A stretch of 64,000 bases of DNA from Carcharhinus longimanus (lineage: Eukaryota). Location: positions 45,727,709-45,791,708 of the forward strand of contig JASCQW010000112.1 of NCBI GenBank assembly GCA_030264375.1, written 5' to 3'. Of this stretch, positions 50,401-63,867 are shown in pieces. Every line of letters starts with the position of its first letter. Position 1 is the first letter of the stretch. The notes beneath the pieces were generated by a model. It searched no databases. It was not told the origin of the DNA and saw only the letters and a program-made list of their open reading frames with translations. The position numbers and the translations under genes are program-made.

Positions 50401-53064
50401 GGAATGCCCTATCATTTCTCCGTTTGTCCCCATGCAATGAGTCATCTTGTTTAAGTGGTGTAATCTGCAGCAGTGACATGCCAGTGCTTTCTATGTGTGT
50501 CTGCACAGTGGGTATTAGTGAGATATTTGACGATCGCAGTTGAATTTGACCTTAAATCTATCGCTTATCACCATTACAGTCATTACAATAGATGGACACT
50601 GAATTCCGATCAGAAACNNNNNNNNNNNNNNNNNNNNNNNNNNNNNNNNNNNNNNNNNNNNNNNNNNNNNNNNNNNNNNNNNNNNNAACACACTTACCAC
50701 AGATCAGGGAGTGAATCTAGCACATTACTGGCCTGAATGACTCAGTACCACAAAATGCAGTTACTGTGCCACTAGGGATACTATTTACGTGCTGTTTGTT
50801 CTCAAACCATTTATTTTGAAAAGGTCTGTAAACCAACACTTGGGAAGTACAAATAAAATAAATAAATAACAGAATTGCAAATGAGAAATACAGAACAGGG
50901 GATTGTTAGAATAATTGGGTCATTCAGAACAGCACAATAATGCAAAGTGCTCCCAAGGTGTTATGTCCAGGAATTTTGATTTCTGTTCTCCCCAGCCCAT
51001 GATGTTCTGCTTATTAAAAGGAAGGTGCATAATAGCCTTGGATAAGATGGGAAGAGTGACTTATTAAGAAAGCAATAATGTCTTTAATACATAGAATCAG
51101 AGTACACTTTCATGAGGCATCTTAGAAGGCTCCTCACGGAATAATCAAGCCAAAATAATAGGAAAAAAGACATAATCAAAACCCTTGGCCCAAAGAAGAA
51201 AGTTCTATTGGACGGGTGGAAAGTCGAAGATTAGGGGAAATTTATATAATATTATTTTGTAATACTTATCAATCTCCAGCATCCGTACATCCACAATACA
51301 AATCTAGTGTTGTCAATCTTAGCTAGAAGAGATTGTTGGCCCAGTGTTAAGCCTGCCTTACAAGGTGACAATTTTATTCTCATAATCATCAGCTCTCCAG
51401 ATGAAGACAAGTAGTAATGCTTCATTGCAAATGTAATAAGAACACTGTAGAAACATTTTCCTTACAAAAGTCATAAATATTGAGAATGTTGTGTTTTCTG
51501 TAATTCATGATCCAAGCATCAGTCAATTCTGCACAATAAAGGATTTAGAGCCTGTTAAGAAATCGGCTACCCTCAGCTGACATCATCGAACAAATTTATT
51601 TTCAAAGATCATTGCTTAGATTTTCCAAGGTTGATTTAAAACTGGGTTATAATTCAACGAGGGATAAATTTGAAATTATAATGGATGTGCAATGTTTCAA
51701 TGAAATCTGTTCAAGTCGGCATCTGAAAAGTGCATGTCATATTCATCAACAATGTTGTACCAAACATGTGCAGCTTCATTTCAAATAATTACAGAGGTTC
51801 AAGTTCACTTTTTGCACAGATGCATCTATGAATCTTTCTAATAGCTAAAATTTCTCCTGATTTAGATTTGACATTTGCTTGGCTCATTCCCAAGCTTTTG
51901 GTGTGGTAAAATGAGCATTGCCTCATGAGAGAGAAGTTCTTAGCAGAGTCAAAATACAGTAAAACTCTTCAAATTAATCTTGAACCTTCACAACTCAAAA
52001 CATTTACAATAAATACACCTTTACAGGTTTGAGGTAACATTTTCCTAAATGCAACTTAAAAAAAATATTTCGGTCGATGCTGTCCTGAGGGCTTGCAAAC
52101 GATATTTCCCATGGCTAAATCCATCTAACCTACACATCTAAAGGGTAATTTACCATGGCCATTCCACCTAACCTGCACATCTTTCTTGTACCTCCATCTT
52201 TATGTTGCTATTTCTATCCTTCACTTCTATTTCTTTTCTCCTCTCTTGCTTTAAGAGGGCTTTAAAATTATGGAAGCGTTTGATAGGGTAGAGATTTTTT
52301 CACTTCTGTTCAAGGCTAAAACTAAAGGCCATAAATGCAAGTTTATTACAAAGTTTATTTATTTATTAGTCACAACAAAGGCTTCCATTAACACTGGCAA
52401 TGAGGTTACTGTGTAACTCCCTAGCCGCCACACATCAGTGCCTGTTCGGGTCAATGCACTAACTAATAGATAGCCACTAATAAATCCGATGAAGGGTTTG
52501 AAAAAAACTTCTTTACCCACATGGAGTAGTTGAGATAAATAGCATAAAATTAATTCTGTTTCTTACCCATCATTCTGGCTTTAAACAAGCAGTGCAGTTT
52601 TCCCGAGCTGTCAGGCAAGGACACATGGGGGGAGTTATTGATCAATAAAACTGACAGGCTGAAATATATTTACAGAGTGAAATTACACAGCTATTTCCCT
52701 TCCTATATGAAAGGCTGGTGCATAGAGCACTTGTCCCAAGTGTGCTTTCCCTGCACCCCAGGTGATTTGCTACCCAACTTTACCAGTATTTCCCCCTTTA
52801 CCATCGCGTTCACACGTCCAGATTCAGCACGAAACAGGCGAAGATCTGTTTCGGGTGCTCCAGCTTCTGAAGAGGTAAGTTCAGAACTTCCAACAGCTCT
52901 CTGACTCAAATCGGTGGTGGAAGGGGGAGGGAGGCAGGTCAGATCATTCACTGTTTGGGCAGGGAGGGAGGAAGGAGGCAGGTCACTTCACCTGCCTTGG
53001 ACTTTACATATCCATCTCTGATCTTCCCTCCTGCCAGCTTTCACTGCAGCAAAGGGATAACCTG

Positions 53065-54108
53065 GGGCCCAATGTTACCATTTTCATTCTAAGTGCTGAA
53101 TCTGGGAGCAATTCAGATCCGACTTGGAAATCTGGTCTCAGGTGCCCCCCCGCTACTCACTCAGCCTGGAAAAAAAATCATGAGCCTGAATCATGCTGTG
53201 GGCAGGGCTTAATTCTCCTGAAACATTGCTGTTCCAATCAGAGCCTTCAACTGCGCATGCGCAGTGAAAAAAAAATTGAAAAGCGCTCCCCCGTCACATC
53301 GCTCCCAGGCCGCAAAAAGCGGATAAAGCAGCCCAGGAGCAAAAAGTGGAAACAATGGCCTCCACAGATGTCACCCCACCTCCATAACATAACTGTCCCC
53401 CTTATCCACCCACTGCCCCACTTCCCAGACCATCGCCAACTTCTGGCCTCCTTCCTTCCCACACAGTGGCCGCAGACGCCCACCTCCCCCCATCAGAGAG
53501 CGAGCAGGCCTCCCTCCTTGTCCTCCTTCCATCAAGACAACGATCTAGCCTCCCCCTCCCCACCACAAGAGAATGATCAGGCCTCCCTTCTCCTTCCGCC
53601 CTGCCTCCCCCACCAACCAGAGTGATCTGGCCTTCCTCCCCCTCCCCCCCAGCAGAGAGCAATCTGGCGTCCCTCCCTCCTCCACCAGACAACAATCTGG
53701 CCTCGCTCCTCCTCTCCCCGCCTGCACTAGAGGTACATTTGACCTGCCTCCCTCCTCCCTCCCTGCCCAACCAGAGAATAGTCTGACCTGCCTCCCTCCT
53801 CCCTCCCACCACCGATCTGAGTCAGAGAGCTGTTGGAAGCTCTGAACTCACCTCTTCAGAAGCTGGAGTGCCCAAAACAGATCTTTCCCGAGCATCTCTG
53901 TTTTGTGCCGAATCTGGACGTGTGAACGCGATGGTAGAAGGGGAAATGCTGGTAAAGTTGGGTGCAATGTGGATCATGGCTATTTTTGGGCCTTGGTGAA
54001 GTGGGCATCTGTGCAGACGCAGGCGCAGATCACGTTAATGGCCTCACACCTGACTTACCAAGTCTTCATGCCCATTTCTGGGCATGATTCAATGGTAAAA
54101 TTGGGCCC
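53065..54108. mobile_element. Complete Harbinger-type MITE with TIRs and CTG TSD
   Basis: 5' ctg|GGGCCCAATGTTACCATT ... AATGGTAAAATTGGGCCC|ctg; CpG-rich. Confidence 0.85.
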
Positions 54109-54427
54109 CTGATCGTTAATGAGGATTAAATGGAGTACAACACCAATAGTACCAGAGTGCCAGCATTGTGACCAATGGCAACAAAGCAGCTACACGACAA
54201 ATGACAGAGAGGATGGACACCAAAAATCAGCTCAAGGGAGATGATACATCGAGCACAAGATATACAGGCAGTGCCAATAGATGCCAAGGCCACCATAGCA
54301 CTGATATTCTTTACTGTTGATTCATCCTAGAGATTGTCTGGTGACAACTACAGATTTTGTAATCTACTGCCACAAATTTATATTGTAGGTTACTGTTTCC
54401 ATGTTGCCAATTTGCTACTGATGAGGC

Positions 54428-55052
54428 CGTAGAGTCATAGAGGTTTACAGCATGGAAGTAGGCCCAACATGTCCCTTTTTTTTACCACTAAGCTAGTCCC
54501 AATTGCCTGTGTTGGCCCATATCCCCCTATACCTATCTTACCATGTAACTGTCTAAATACTTTTTAAAGACAAAACTGTACCCACCTCCACTACTACCTG
54601 GTAGCTTGTTCCAGACACTCATCACCCTCTGTGTGAAAAAATTGGCCCTCTGGACACTTTTGTATTTCTCCCCTCTTAAGTTAAACCTATGCCTTCTAGT
54701 TTTAGACTCTCCTACCTTTGGGAAAAGATGTTGACCATCTAACTAATCAATGTCCCTCATTATTTTATTGATCTCTTTAAGATCACCCCTCAGCCTCCAA
54801 CGCTCCAGAGAAAAAAGCCCCAGTCCATCAAACCTCTTCTTGTAACTTAAACCATCAAGTCCCAGTGTCATCCGAGTAAATCTTCTTGTACTCTTTCCAG
54901 TTTAATAATATCCTTTCTATAATAGGGTGATCAGAATTGTACATAGTATTCCAAGTGCGGTCTTAGTAATATCTGGTACAACTTCAGTAAGATGTCCCAG
55001 CTTCTGTATTCAATGTTCTGACCAATGAAACCAAGCATGCTGAATGCCTTCT
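54428..55052 (-). mobile_element. CR1 3' region
   Basis: KAFSMLGFIGQNIEYRSWDILLKLY..L.RPHLEYYVQF; tagagtcatagag tail. Confidence 0.9.
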
Positions 55053-55223
55053 TCAGGCAGTCAGAAACAGAGTGCTGTCTCATCTGCTGCAGTGACTGGA
55101 CTCCCGTTGACGGAGTGATTGAATTAAAAATGCTTATGAGGCTATCATTAGAGCAGTTCAGATATCCAAAAGGATTGTCAGCTTGGAGGAGATCACATAC
55201 AATGATCTGCAACCACCCCCCCC

Positions 55224-55226
<3 letters not shown>

Positions 55227-55253
<27 letters not shown>
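55227..55253. repeat. (CA)n microsatellite
   Basis: ~13 AC units. Confidence 0.97.
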
Positions 55254-55257
<4 letters not shown>

Positions 55258-55873
55258 AATGATCAGGCCTCCCTGATCATTCTCTTGAACTCAAAGTGTT
55301 GCTTAACTAAGAGCTCCAATGATGACCAGGGTGGATATGGTCTGCTGTGACCTGAACAGCATTGCTCTGCAGAGGGGGATAACTTACAGGAGGAGGAAGG
55401 TGAGGACCACTCTGCATCCTCAGGGCTGGGGTAGGGCCGGTCAACCTGGGAAAAAAAGGTTTGGAGGCAGCCATAGGGCTATTATATGTGGTGGCAGGCT
55501 ATAAAGGCCTATCTCAGTAGCACTTCAACCCAGTTAAAGTTAAAACACAAAAAGATCCACAAGCCCTCGCCCCTCCCATCCCCTCACATTCCAAACACTC
55601 CGTATTCTCCATTCATGCCACCTCATGCCCTTCACTCACCACCTTTGTCCCTCATTCACCTTATGAGGCTCTGCCTTTCCACCCATCTCCCATGGCTCCT
55701 TATACCCCACTTCTAAGCTCTGCGCTTCCATCCACAACCTAGGACCCTTCATTCCCCCATGCCAAGCTGTGGCAAGGTCATGCCCATTGATTCACTATCA
55801 AATCTTTGGAACCAAATGAATCCAATAGTAATAGCCTGTGGAGCAGTTGAGTTGAGTAACTGCAGACTGCAAT

Positions 55874-56638
55874 TGTAACATTGTAAAATGCTAGGGAAAA
55901 AAGCATGTCATTGTCCCTTTAAGAGAATGTTGTTTTTCCTGTGCTTAGAAAGCTAAAAAAAATACAAATAGAGTGCCCAAAGTGAAACATCTGTGCCAAA
56001 AAGCCAAGTAGCAAGATTACCAAGGCAACAGGCTTTCAGGCTTTTTGAATTTTTTTTTAATTTAGCCAATCAAATTTGAATCAGGCACTTAGACCTATTA
56101 CATTTAAATCTGATGATATTGTAACCGAGGACCAATCATATTATGGGGGCTATTTATATGTTATCACAGGTAAAAAGGAAGACAACTGCCGTCAGCCACA
56201 TCTCACAGCTATTAGCTCAAAGCCTCATCTCGATAGCAAAGGCACCAAAGAAGACAGAAGTTCCATACAGGAGAATCAACAGAAAAGGTTCAGAACATTC
56301 TGAAGACGCAAAACCTGGTTGTAATTGTGAGAGTGATTAAATTTTATTTTGTTAATAAGTGGGAATTGTATTTACCTGAACAGCATTTCATTAGAATCTT
56401 ATTTTGTTTGGTTTGTTAATAGTTTAGTTAACTTGTTCACTGTTAGATAGATAGATAAATTGTTACTTGTTGACTTTAGGGAGAGTTTCAGGGAATTATT
56501 TTGATTTAACCACTAAAAGTTGCTGAAGAGCAGATTATACCATTTCACGCTCACTTTTATAGATTATGAGGTGAGATGTTCCCTTTGAGTGATTAGGTAT
56601 TCGTCCTCAGAGGAGGAATCCACCTCTGCTTCATAACA
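55874..56638 (+). mobile_element. Probable solo LTR
   Basis: TG...cataACA ends with tgtccctttaag near the 5' end; no clear TSD. Confidence 0.35.
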
Positions 56639-56729
56639 ACTCTGATGCATGAAAAAAAATTAAAACAAATAATTCATTCTTAAATTTCTTCTATATTGAA
56701 AAAAGTCATTTCACTCCAAGTCAATACAT

Positions 56730-57068
56730 GGGCGGCATGGTAGCACAATGGTTAGCACTGCTGCTTCACAGCTCCAGGGACCTGAGTTCGATTCCCGGCT
56801 TGGGTCACTGCCTGTGTGGAGTTTGCACATTCTCCTCGTGTCCATGTGAGTTTCCTCTGGGTGCTCCGGTTTCCTCCCACAGTCCAAAGATGTGCAGATT
56901 AGGTTGATTGGCCATGCTAAAATTGCCCCTTAGTGTCCTGAGGTGGGTAGGTTAAAGGGATTAGCAGGTAAATATGTAGGGATATGGGAGTAGGACTGGG
57001 TGGGATGGTGGTCAGTGCAGACTTGATGGGCAAAATAGCCTCTTTCTGCACTGTAGAATTTCTATGAT
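56730..57068 (+). mobile_element. Full-length HE1/V-SINE-type SINE
   Basis: gggcggcatggtagcacaatggttagc (A box), gagttcgattcc (B box), V-domain and CR1-like tail. Confidence 0.95.
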
Positions 57069-57734
57069 CCGTCAATCATCCAGACATTTAAAAGTATCGG
57101 CAACAAAGATCACAAACCCTTGAAACAACTCAACACCGTGTAAACAAAGACGGTGAGGTTAACAGCAGATATCAGGGCCTGTGATTACACAATGTTAAGT
57201 GGTTTTGAGGGTTTTTTAAAATTACTTTTATTGTTTGTTATTGATACTTCAAAGGCTGTGAATGATTGACACATTTATTGTCTTGTAGTGAAATTATTGT
57301 AGAAAGTTATGAATGAATAAATTTGTAACACATCATTTTGTCACTACAGGATTCATTGGTTCTATACAGTCAGGACATAGGTGCATGGGATTGCATAGGT
57401 GCAATAACCATGGTCATTGTCAAGGTCATGGGAGTACAATTAACACAATGCTAGCTGTAGCTTACAGGATTTGGGTCAAATCAAGAGCCTCATTGTGAGG
57501 CTGAGGGAAAAGCTCACCATATGTCATCATCCAGGATGATATTATCCTGAAAGAGGTAGTTTTGGTATGCAATGTACAGCCTAAAGGAAAATCAAGGGTT
57601 GTATTTCTGTCTTGTATATGAAGGGAGACCATTCCATTGGAACTACCATTGATTGCTCAATTGTACCTCTTCACAGAAACAAAGAGGAGGGGAGAGAGCA
57701 GGATAGCGGCAATGCTGCCTGGTTGATAGCTAAA

Positions 57735-58017
57735 TAAAGTTTATTTATTATTGTCACAAGTAGGCTTACATTAACACTTCAATGAAGTTACTGTGGGAAT
57801 CCCCTAGTTGCCACACTCTGGTACCTGTTCGGATACATTGAGGGAAAATTTAACAAAGCCAATGTATCTAACCAGCACGCCTTTCAGATTGTGGGAGGAA
57901 ATTGAAACATCCAAAGGAAATCCACACAGATACGGGGAGAATGTGTCGAATCTACACAGATTGTGACACAACCAGGAACGGCATTGTGAGGCAGCAGTGC
58001 GAGCCACTGTGCCACCA
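57735..58017 (-). mobile_element. V-SINE-type SINE, alternative tail
   Basis: aaagtttatttattattgtcacaagtaggcttacattaacac... Confidence 0.88.
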
Positions 58018-58029
58018 CTTCACCCGTAT

Positions 58030-59121
58030 CTGAATGAGGAGAAAAAAGGGCCCAACACCAATTTGAACAGCTCAGGGAAGACCATCAACCTGAGAAACAA
58101 AAGCCAACAGTGTATCGAAGACACAGCTTATCTATGGAGGTGAGTGAAAGACAGTGTCACAGCCCCCTTCACTTGTTTCGGGATGTGGTAGCTCATGATT
58201 CTCTCACTGACTGTGAAGAACTCATGACACATGGACTTGGAGGATATCCAATGCCTTTCTGAAGATCACTTCCTGTGAAATATTCCAGGGCTCCACTGGT
58301 GACCTTTGCGGGACCTCACAATTGGTAACACATAAATGCATAAGGGAGATTACGTATGTCCTTTCTAATAAAGCTCATCACTACATGTAGTTCTGCATGG
58401 ATGAAGCAAGGCTGGCTGCCGGAGCTGTGGGATTTGCTGCCATCTCAAGCTTTCCATAACCGCAGGGCATCATTGATTGCACGCACGTGGGCTTCAGAGC
58501 GCTCAGTGGCAGCCTGTGTGATTCATTCATAGAAAATAATTTATTTCTCTTTGACGTCCAGCTGATTTGTGATCTCAGGGAGCAGATCATGCCTGCCTGA
58601 GATAGGTACACAGAGAACTCTCACAACTCATACATTTTGAGTCACTCACAGGAGGCAGAGATGTTTGAGGGAGCTCCGCGTTAGAAGGATTGGGTCCTCA
58701 GTTATAAGGGGTACCTCTTGAAGACATGGCTAATGATGTTTTTTCATTGTCCACCAAGTGCATCTGAGCAGAGATACCATGCTGCGTACTCAGCCACCAT
58801 AGAGCAGACTACTGGCCTCTTAAAGATGCATTTCAGATATTTTAGACAAATCAGGAGGTGCTTTCCAATTCTCACCACCAAGGTTGTTCACATCATCATT
58901 GTTTGCTATGTGCTGCACAACCTAGCAGTGCAACAAGGAATGTTTTGCCACCTGGGCACATTGACGAGGTAGACATCTCCATGGATGAGGAAGATGTTGA
59001 AGCAGATAAATCTGAAGAAGATGAGGATACATATAAGCCGCAGGAGGATGCCAATGCATTGGCAAAACCAGGAGGATGTGCCTGTGACAACCTCATAGCT
59101 ACAAGATTGCAGGAGGAATAA
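58030..59121 (+). pseudogene. Harbinger transposase (HARBI1-like) remnant, near full length
   Basis: VYRR...SERQC; FQGSTGDLCGTSQ..HKCIREIT; GFAAISSFP*PQGIIDCTHV; DVQLICD; KGYLLKTWLM; IEQTTGLLKMHFR; VLHNLA; acidic tail; stops and frameshifts. Confidence 0.9.
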
Positions 59122-59287
59122 GGAAAGACAAGTTGTTATGACGGCTGTTCTTTTCATGTTTTGATGAAGAGACAATAATATAACATCTTCATTTTCATAA
59201 ATAAATGCTGGAAAAGCTCAGCGGGCCTGGCAGCTCTGCGGAGAGAGAATCAACATTAATACTTCAAGTCCATGTGTTTTCTTCATT

Positions 59288-60834
59288 TTCATCTTCAGCG
59301 TTTCCCGAAAGGTCAACAATCTCACAATAAGCACTAAGCACATTTGATTGCACGGCTGCCTCATCGCGCCAGGGACCCAGGTTCAATTCCAGCCTTGGGT
59401 GACTGTGCGGAGCCTGCACATTCTCCCGTGTCTGCATGGATTTCCTTCAGGTGCTCCAGTCTCCTCCCACAGTCTAAGGATGGGCAGGTTAGGTGGATTG
59501 GCCATGCTAAATGTCCCTTAGTATCCCAAGATGTGTAGATTAGGGAGATACAAGGGTACGGCAGTAGCTAGGCCTGGGTAAGATCCTCTGTCAGAGAGTC
59601 AGTTCAGACTTGAAGGGCTGAATAGCCTCCTTCTGCTCTGTAGGGATTCTACGAGGAAAGCATAAGTCACCTTCAATCGTAACAATGGGGTCATTCTTGG
59701 AAGGTGCAGTAGGCTAAGGACCATGCGGCCACTATGGAATGTGCTTAGCAATCTACAAGACCACATCCTCAAATGCAGTCCTTCCAACCCCGGAGCAAAC
59801 AAGCCAATGGCCATGGTAACCTTCAAGAAGCTGAAATACTATTGCACATTGATGTACTCATGCCAGTATAACAGCAACTTAGCAAGGCATATCAAGAGGA
59901 AAAATATTTGTAAGGAGTTAGTGCTGGACTATCTCAAAATGGAGCTACATTTAGACAGCAGCAAATCTCCAAATGCCAGCTCTTCAACATGATTAATGCA
60001 GAGTCCACATCTTGTGGTTGATGCCATCAGATGCATTAATCTATAGCATGGTAACATGCACCCAAAGCTCGGAGTTAGCATTGTTCTCACAGAGAGTGAT
60101 TTAACCGGACCATCATGTGATTATTGACAAATACTCATAACCCTACATCCATTGGAAGCCTGCCAAGTCCTCCATTGCTTTAGCATTTGGGAGAGACATG
60201 GCCAGGTCAATTTTGACACAGTGGTCAATGATAACCTATTCCCTTTATTGATACTGCAAAGTACTTAGGAGATGTGCTGGAGCATTACTTTCATGGCATT
60301 ACACACCTCAGCAATGTCCATCTCACAAAGGACAATCTTTTCTCAGAACCCTAAGTCAATGAGTGCACAGTCGTGCAAAAAATTCCATACTGAGTCGTGT
60401 TCTGTGACCTCAGAGTCATTCGTCACTTGGCAGCACCTCAGAGCCAAACTATAACCTTTCAGCTAAGTGGAAAGGTTCATCAGGATAAGCTCACCTCTGA
60501 CAGAACACAACCATTCCGTCGAGCAGACATTTTAAATGTTACAGAGTGGAACCAACTTCCATCGCTTAGTGTCATTCACGGGGAGTATGAGAGCTCATAA
60601 AGGAATATTGTTTAGCCTTAAACACTGAGACAAAGTCACATTGCAGGGAGGCATGAAAGACTATGGTGCTCGACGATGAATATAACTTTAACCAAAACAC
60701 CACAGTCACAAGATAAACACCATTTTTAAATTCAAGATTGAAAAGACGCCAATATTGATTGCCACAAATACTTTGAGCGTCCATGTGCTTCGGACTTCAG
60801 TTCAACTGCTTCACGATAATCAGCAACATCAATG
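59288..60834 (-). pseudogene. Unassigned decayed ORF inside Harbinger element (copy 2), interrupted by a SINE at ~59345-59650
   Basis: One minus-strand frame from ~60620 to ~59660 without frameshift, with scattered stops; homologous to 20585-22165. Confidence 0.5.
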
Positions 60835-60859
60835 AACAATTCTCATGAGGTCACATAAT

Positions 60860-61135
60860 AATTTGGGGACCCGGGTTCGAAACCATGATGGTAGATAGTG
60901 ATATTCAATCTCAATAAAAATCTGGAATTAAAAATGTAATGATGACCATAAAACCATTGTCGATGGTTATCAAAACCCATCTCGTTCACTAATGTCCTTC
61001 AGGGAAGGAAATCTTTACCTGGTCTAGCCAGCATATGTCTCTAGATCCACAGCAATGTCGCTGACTCTTAAATGCCCTCAGGAATGGGCAATAAATGCTG
61101 GCCCAGCCAGAGCCACCCCATGAACAAATTAAAAA
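60860..61135 (+). mobile_element. SINE with L2-like tail
   Basis: ggggacccgggttcgaa B box ... gggcaataaatgctggccc tail. Confidence 0.85.
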
Positions 61136-62457
61136 GATTGTCTGCCTAAGATGCAGGAGTTACATGTCTCTTTTCATAAAGTAAGCGTCTTTGCTCATGT
61201 TGCTGATGTGGAAATAAAGGTAATTGATTCGCTGTTGAGACTGAGTGACCCAATGAAACTGGCCAGATCCCAGGACATCCTGTTAGGAACTAACACTGTT
61301 TTGTTTTGTTAGCTAGCTAAAAGTTGAGGTTCATGACACCTGCTTTTCGAATAAAGCCACAATATTCCATGTGTATGAACAAACAGAAATAAACTTTACT
61401 ATATAATTCAGGACAAAAAAAATTACAATATGTCTCTTTTAGTCTAATATTCAGGGTAAGTATGAGATACATGAGGGAGGTCTTGTGGCACAATGAGTAG
61501 TATCCATTCTTCTGAGTCAGAAGCTCTAGGTTTGAGCCCCATCTCAGGAATTGATGGCCAAGAAAGATGTATTCATAATGTGGCAATTATTGAGTATTAG
61601 AAGGATTATACAGTTGAGTATCAACCTGTATAATCCTTCTAACCTGCCAACGGCAGGCCACAGCTTGGCGTGGAGTGGTGCCCCTCAAGCTATAAGCCTC
61701 TGGCAGCAGACTAACAACCTGTACCAGGTAAGACCTCGCTATGAGAACAGATGAAAATCTGCCTTGTGTACCACTCTGTACAGGAAGAGGAAAACAACGA
61801 GATACATGTGATCTAATGGATGAAGAGCAGTCAAACACACCACATTACAGAATAAATGACAAATGCAATCAAGGCATAGTTCATGGACTTCTCAAGAACC
61901 CATCCAGACATCATTAACCATCAAATCCTGTTGAAACTTTTGTCAAAATCCTGCTGCCCTTCATGCCAGTTGGATCTTATGGTCCCATCAACCATGTACA
62001 CCCCTGCCATGGGTTTCCTTCTCCCTACATTCCCCAGTATACTGAACACAACTTCACAAACACATTTTTAAATCTATTTCCACGCCATGAAGAATATCAC
62101 TGCTTCAAAGGGTGCCCCACTGGCGACACAATGTCTGCTAGCTGCAATTCTTAATTTAATTTACTTTTCTCCTTATTTTAACTGACCTATCAGGGCCAAT
62201 TTCTGATCCTGTGTCTGTCGCATTCCTGGCTTGCAGGCAGCTTCAGGGTGACTGACTCAAATTACCGAACACTGACTCGGCAGGAACCAATATAAAAAGC
62301 ATTGGAATATCCTGTACCTTGCTAATTTAGTATAAAGAGACACAATGAATTGAATTCATTATAGGGACAACATAGAAGATAGTTGGGAGGGAGGGGGCAG
62401 AATTCACTCTGAATAGACCTGAATCTTGCATTATATTAATCAACCAAAGTGTCTTTG

Positions 62458-62775
62458 AGATCATAGAATCCCTGCAGTGCAGAAAGAGGCCATTCAGCCC
62501 ATCAGGTCTGCACCAATCACAATCTCACCCAGGCCCTATCCCCATAACTAAACTTATTTACCCTGTGAATCGTCCTAACACTAGGGTTAATTTAGCATGC
62601 TCAATCGACTTAACCTGCGCATCTTTGGAGTTTGGGAGGAAATTGGAGCACCCAGAGGAAACCCACGCAGACATGGGGAGAATGTGCAAACTCCACACAG
62701 ACAGTGACCCAAGTTGGGGATCAAACACAGATCCCTGACGCTGTGAGGCAGCAGTGCTAACCACTGTGCTACTGC
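62458..62775 (-). mobile_element. HE1/V-SINE-type SINE
   Basis: Full reverse-complement copy. Confidence 0.92.
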
Positions 62776-62984
62776 GCTCCTCAGTGTCTAACAGACCACA
62801 CGTACGACTTGAAAGAGGCTTTGAATATTCCAGCAAATAAACATTTCCCACTAAGAATATCATTCCACAATTATGAATATTGATAGGGTAAACAGTCATT
62901 ATTTTGAGCCAAACTTTGCAGAATTGATGAGCAGCATCATTCTTGTTCATTTTTACCAGATTTTTAGTCCCTAAATCTCCAAAA

Positions 62985-63235
62985 TCATAGAATTCAGAGA
63001 ATCATAGAATCCCTCCAGTGCAGAGGAAGCCATCTGGCCCATCGAGACTGCACTCACAACAATCCCACCAATTTAGGAAGAATAATAGCATGGCCAATTC
63101 ACCTAACCTGCATTGTGGGAGAAAACTGGAACACCCAGAGGAAACCCATGCAGACACGGGGAGAACGTGCAAATTCTACACAGACAGTGACCCAAGCAGG
63201 GAATCGAACCAGGGTCGCTGGCACTGTGACCACTG
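62985..63235 (-). mobile_element. HE1/V-SINE-type SINE
   Basis: atcatagaat tail, V-domain and B box. Confidence 0.88.
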
Positions 63236-63313
63236 ATGTCCTGCCTAACAAAATAACCTATTAGTTTTATAAATATTTAACCATTGCAGGTTGCCTTTAG
63301 GGGAGAGACACAT

Positions 63314-63850
63314 AGGCTGGAATCTTACCACGGTTCATATCCGCAGGATTTTCCCAATCCATCGCAATGAACAGAGAATTGGCTGAGTGCCAAATTCCCT
63401 GACTTCGCTGTAGGGGGAGTGTGGGGTGAACAGTCGGTGAGGGTCGGGATCCTCCGGTTCTGCCAAAGGTGGCTTCTCCCCTCCCCAACATGGTGGCATA
63501 TCCGGTGGAAGGGTGAGTGAACTGCGCATAAAGCCATACGCATTGACGGGACTGGAATAGCGGGCAATGGTGAGCGGCCTTCACTGCCGAGAAACACCCC
63601 ACTGGGAAAGGCGAGGGCGACCGCAAAATGCGGGTGCTCTCGGTGGGTGTCAAAATGAAGAAACCTTTTAGAGTGAGAAGCAGGTTCCTCTGACCCGAGT
63701 GGCTTAGGCTGTGGATTTGGCCGTCTGGGGGTGGGTGACCCCCCCCTCTCTTTTCGGGACAGAGCCTCCATTTATGAAGGGATCTGCACTATCGGGACAA
63801 AATGCTGCTGAGCGGTTTAAGTGACCCTCAATGGGTGCTTAAATAGGGGT
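63314..63850. mobile_element. CpG-rich MITE-like element (5' part)
   Basis: ggctggaatcttacc TIR-like start; high CpG. Confidence 0.5.
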
Positions 63851-63867
63851 AGAAGGCATCATGATAG

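Noticed and set aside
55255-55284. 13-bp perfect hairpin resembling a terminator
   Set aside because: The left arm matches the MITE interior at ~53569; a local repeat-derived fold-back with no U tract
56730-56805. tRNA genes
   Set aside because: A/B-box sequences continue into SINE bodies; they are SINE heads
58030-59121. Domesticated HARBI1 gene
   Set aside because: Multiple stops and frameshifts, a second decayed copy in the window, and transposon context
59723-59992. Zinc-finger-like peptide YYCTLMYSCQYNSNLARHIKRKN on the plus strand
   Set aside because: Lacks the second Cys and last His; the homologous copy reads SMHS*QNDRGLARQ; probably an antisense shadow of the minus frame
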